From an uncultured Planctomycetota bacterium (lineage in GTDB: Bacteria > Planctomycetota > Planctomycetia > Isosphaerales > Isosphaeraceae), in contig CAWGMQ010000004.1 in assembly GCA_963823665.1 (NCBI GenBank), positions 2,208,001-2,272,000 on the forward strand: 64,000 bases of DNA, read 5' to 3'. This document shows, piece by piece, positions 60,776-64,000 of the stretch. The stretch's first letter is position 1; each line of letters starts with the position of its first letter. The position numbers were made by a program, and so were the translations under genes. The notes beneath the pieces were generated by a model. It was not told where the DNA came from. It was given only the letters and a program-made list of their open reading frames with translations, and searched no databases.

Positions 60776-62200
60776 TCAGGTCGACGACGCGTTCGAACTC
60801 TGAGCCGAGGCTGACCCTGAAGAGCCAGCGCTTGCGGTCCCACCTGTTGCGGACGCATTGCTTGAGTTCGAGGCTGAAGCTGAACTTGCGCCCGACGACG
60901 CACTTGCACTACCACCACTTGTCGACGATGCAGTCGAGCCCTGAGCCGACCCTGAGTTCGACGAGCCAGCACTTGCGATTCCACCTGTTGCAGAAGAATT
61001 ATCGGAGTTCGAGGTCGAAGCTGAGCCTGATGAATCAGCGCTCGCGCTTCCGCTCGTTCCGGAAGATGCCGTTGAACCCTGCGCTGACCCGGAGTCCGAT
61101 GAAGCAGCGTTTGAGCCGCTCCCCGTTGCTGACGAATTACTCGAGCCTGAAGTCGACGCCGAGCCGGTGCCTGTGGAGCTCGTGCTACCAGTTCCGCTAG
61201 TTCCCGAAGAGGCGGCTGATCCCTGTGTGGTGGTCGTTCCCGAGCCTGTGGAGCCCGTGCTACCGGTCCCGCTGGTTCCCGATGACGCAGTCGATCCTTG
61301 CGTGGTGGTCGTTCCCGAGCCTGTGGAGCTAGTGCTACCGGTCCCGCTGGTTCCCGATGACGCAGTCGACCCTTGCGTGGTGGTCGTTCCCGAGCCCGTC
61401 GAGCCCGTGCTACCGGTACCACTGGTTCCCGAAGAGGAAGCCGATCCCTGCGTGGTGGTTGTTCCCGTGCCCGTTGAGCTAGCGTTCGATCCGTTACCCA
61501 TTGCGGATGAATTGCTCGACCCCGAGGTTGATGTTGATCCCGAGTTTGCCGAACTGGCATTTGCGGTGGCGCTGCTTCCAGACGAGGAAGTTGATCCCTG
61601 GGTCGAGGTTGACCCCGAGCTCGACGACCCAGTATTCGATCCATTACCCGCCGTCGACGTGGAATTTGAGTTGCTTCCGCTCGACTGCGATCCCGAGCCG
61701 TTCATTGCCAGGACGGCCTGCCACCAGTTCTGCATCGAGGAATTGATCGAGCTTCCCGAGCTGTTCGACGGCGTGGTTGTGCCAGCCGGTGTAACCGAAT
61801 TCGGGCTTGTGTTCGCAGCAGTGTTCGATGCGCTCTGTGTGCTCGCAGTTCCGCCACTGACGTTGGGTTGAACGTTAATCGCGGGTTGGATGTCGATCGC
61901 CGGCTGTACATTAATGATTGCCGTGACAATAGCTTTGGTGGAGTTTCGTCCGTGGCCGTGCCTGCCCGACGTCATTTGGGTCGGGGTAGCTGCTCGTGTG
62001 TGGCTAGCCGTTCTCTCATGGCTGGCCGGTTTTGCCTGATGGACCGGCTGCGTGCGCACATGAGCTGCATGGTGCACCACAGCATGGTGCACCGAGGATA
62101 GCAGGACACGGCCTTCTAGATCCTCGAACGTGGCTCCAAATTTGGCACGGCGTACGGCTGTGTTGCGACGGCCCGTTCTGACGACATCCTGGGTCGACAT
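60776..62200 (-). CDS. Ser/Gly/Thr-rich low-complexity extracellular protein with LEGRxLL export motif
   Basis: AGGAGG RBS, FEDLEGRVLLS, a His-rich segment, then ~350 aa almost free of charged residues. Confidence 0.8.
   Translation of the reverse strand: MSTQDVVRTGRRNTAVRRAKFGATFEDLEGRVLLSSVHHAVVHHAAHVRTQPVHQAKPASHERTASHTRAATPTQMTSGRHGHGRNSTKAIVTAIINVQPAIDIQPAINVQPNVSGGTASTQSASNTAANTSPNSVTPAGTTTPSNSSGSSINSSMQNWWQAVLAMNGSGSQSSGSNSNSTSTAGNGSNTGSSSSGSTSTQGSTSSSGSSATANASSANSGSTSTSGSSNSSAMGNGSNASSTGTGTTTTQGSASSSGTSGTGSTGSTGSGTTTTQGSTASSGTSGTGSTSSTGSGTTTTQGSTASSGTSGTGSTGSTGSGTTTTQGSAASSGTSGTGSTSSTGTGSASTSGSSNSSATGSGSNAASSDSGSAQGSTASSGTSGSASADSSGSASTSNSDNSSATGGIASAGSSNSGSAQGSTASSTSGGSASASSGASSASASNSSNASATGGTASAGSSGSASAQSSNASST
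61168..61467 (-). repeat. Four tandem 75-bp (25-aa) repeats, GTTTTQGSxxSSGTSGTGSTxSTGS
   Basis: The gtggtggtYgttccc core recurs with a 75-bp period. Confidence 0.9.
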
Positions 62201-62783
62201 GGCCCCTCCTGGGCAAAACGTCCTGAGTTACCCGTGATCTCGAACGCTCTTCCTGAGCCTGCCACGAGCACCGCGGAGAGGACGGACGCTTGATTCAGCG
62301 CAGTCGGCAGGGAACTACGAAATCTTGAGAGATTCTCCATTTCGTATCTGTCGATCGTGCAGAATATCCAACCTGGATAAAAAGCACAGATTGCGGTGAA
62401 CATTCTGGGTTGTGACGTCCACTTCGCACCTCTCTTCCCGTGACCGAAGGTCGAGCCACATCCATGTCGCTCGGATCCTTGCGGTTCAGGTTGCTCGTGC
62501 AGGTTGATGATGATGAAGCGTGTCGCGAGTGTGCCACAAATTCCGATTTCTCGTGTTCACGCCTGGTACCGAGTACCATAATCGTAAAAGACAACCTATC
62601 TTCGTTTATCTCTCCATTTCCCCCTCTCGGCGACCATTTCGATAGCAACGTACGATCGTTTTCATGCCATTCTGGTATGAATTTCAGGTCGGCGCTCAAT
62701 TGACCAGTTATCGCCCTTGACCATCTACGGGTGCTGCTGATACCAATTCCAGCAGGCATTCGTTTTGCTCAAGGATGTGAATC

Positions 62784-64000
62784 ATGTGCGGCATCGCTGG
62801 CGCTATCGATCTGACGGGCACTCGCGGTTTTTCGCCTCAGCGTCTACTGGCGATGACCACTGCAATCGCACACCGCGGACCGGACGACGAGCAATTTCAT
62901 ATCGAGCTGGGGGTTGCACTCGGAGCTCGCCGGCTGGCGATCATCGACCTGGCAGGCGGCCAGCAACCGGTTAGCAACGAAGATAGGTCGATCTGGGTTG
63001 CCTTCAACGGCGAGTTGTTCGAATACCCTGAGCTCCGCCGCGAGCTGTTGGCAGCGGGTCATCATCTTGCCACGCGCTGTGATACCGAGGCGTGGGTCCA
63101 TCTCTACGAAGAGCATGGCCGGGCGATGTTTGAAAAAACACGTGGGCAGTTCGCCGTCTCACTCTGGGATCGGAACACGCGCACACTTATCCTGGGTCGA
63201 GACCGCGTCGGTATTTGTCCACTCTATTACGCGCAGGCCGATGGATGGCTTCTTTGGGGGTCGGAAATCCGAGCACTCCTGGCCTCGGGACTCATCACCG
63301 CGCGAGCTGACGTTCGTGGAATTGACCACTTCCTCACTTTCTTCAGCGCGGGGACAACCCGAACTTTCTTTGAGGGTGTCAAATCGCTGCCACCAGGTCA
63401 TTTTCTCACCGTCCGCGACGGGCGGATTGCACTGAGTCAGTACTGGGACCTTGACTTCCCCGATAAGGGCTCGGAACGTCGGCAGAGCGATCCGCGGCCG
63501 CTGATCGAGGAATTTGAGACGACACTGCGCCGAGCCGTTGAGCTTCGCTTGCGCAGTGACGTACCCGTCGTGAGCTACATCAGCGGCGGACTTGATTCCA
63601 CAGTTGTCCTCGGGATGTGCAGCCAGCAGCGAGGTGCGGCAATTCCCTCGTTTACCGTCGGGCTTGATCGCGCTGGGCCCGATGAACGAACCCAGGCAGC
63701 CGAGGCTGCGGCGATGCTGCATTCGCCTCTCCTCACAACGACTATCGATCGCGCCGCAATCGCTGCGGCTTATCCTGAGCTAGTGCAAGCCACGGAATGC
63801 CCTGTCCTTGATACGTCTTGTGCAGCCCTCTTACGGCTTGCCGAGTCAGTTCATGATCGCGGTTACAAGGTGGTGTTGACCGGTGAAGGCGCAGACGAAG
63901 CACTGGCCGGATATGTCTGGTACAAGGCACAGGCCTGGGCCAATGCAATTGCTCGGCGCACTGGCCATGGTTTTCTACAACTGCTCGGCAATCTGGTCAA
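62784..64000 (+). CDS. asnB: Asparagine synthase-like glutamine amidotransferase (3'-truncated by the window; absent from the ORF track)
   Basis: MCGIAG, HRGPD, RRLAIID, FNGE, SGGLDS and LTGEGADE. Confidence 0.92.
   Translation, partial: MCGIAGAIDLTGTRGFSPQRLLAMTTAIAHRGPDDEQFHIELGVALGARRLAIIDLAGGQQPVSNEDRSIWVAFNGELFEYPELRRELLAAGHHLATRCDTEAWVHLYEEHGRAMFEKTRGQFAVSLWDRNTRTLILGRDRVGICPLYYAQADGWLLWGSEIRALLASGLITARADVRGIDHFLTFFSAGTTRTFFEGVKSLPPGHFLTVRDGRIALSQYWDLDFPDKGSERRQSDPRPLIEEFETTLRRAVELRLRSDVPVVSYISGGLDSTVVLGMCSQQRGAAIPSFTVGLDRAGPDERTQAAEAAAMLHSPLLTTTIDRAAIAAAYPELVQATECPVLDTSCAALLRLAESVHDRGYKVVLTGEGADEALAGYVWYKAQAWANAIARRTGHGFLQLLGNLV

Noticed and set aside
60562..61871. Arg/Gln-rich and Val/Pro-rich repeat ORFs
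   Set aside because: Alternative-frame and antisense shadows of the 75-bp repeat gene, which has the RBS and export motif
62201..62235. gcccc...gttac upstream of the second LExRxLL gene
   Set aside because: The spacing is wrong, there is no CTCTA, and it overlaps the RBS

Overview
A 64 kb window that looks like a planctomycete genome, probably Isosphaeraceae-like. The assignment is inferred from LExRxLL-type export motifs, a Planctomycetaceae-type ECF sigma factor, a PVC-type CxxCH heme protein and a DUF4058 remnant. The left ~19 kb is accessory. It holds small secreted proteins, a truncated REP-associated HUH transposase, a sigma54-driven STAS/small-ORF/HlyD/DHA2 efflux operon with its FhlA-like activator, and an ECF sigma-Ser/Thr kinase-TPR pair. 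The ECF pair shares a 44-bp upstream element (41/44 identical) with a ~1,065-aa Gly-rich extracellular protein gene; this module is the best candidate for an undescribed system. The middle holds mostly ordinary genes: kup, an ABC-2 permease, a heme/dehydrogenase protein, prc, ychF, MoxR-DUF58-transglutaminase, eutB plus permease, a nitrilase-family hydrolase and aroA. The right ~20 kb is an exosortase-associated exopolysaccharide locus (WecA-like, Wzc-like, ligase-like, FHA/TPR, Xrt, EpsI, glycosyltransferases, Wzy-like, AsnB-like), interrupted by an oppositely oriented Ser/Gly/Thr repeat protein. Four genes show apparent 1-bp deletions and one has an in-frame stop; these may be sequencing errors. 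No rRNA, tRNA or CRISPR array was seen. All family calls come from motif recognition by eye, not from database searches.
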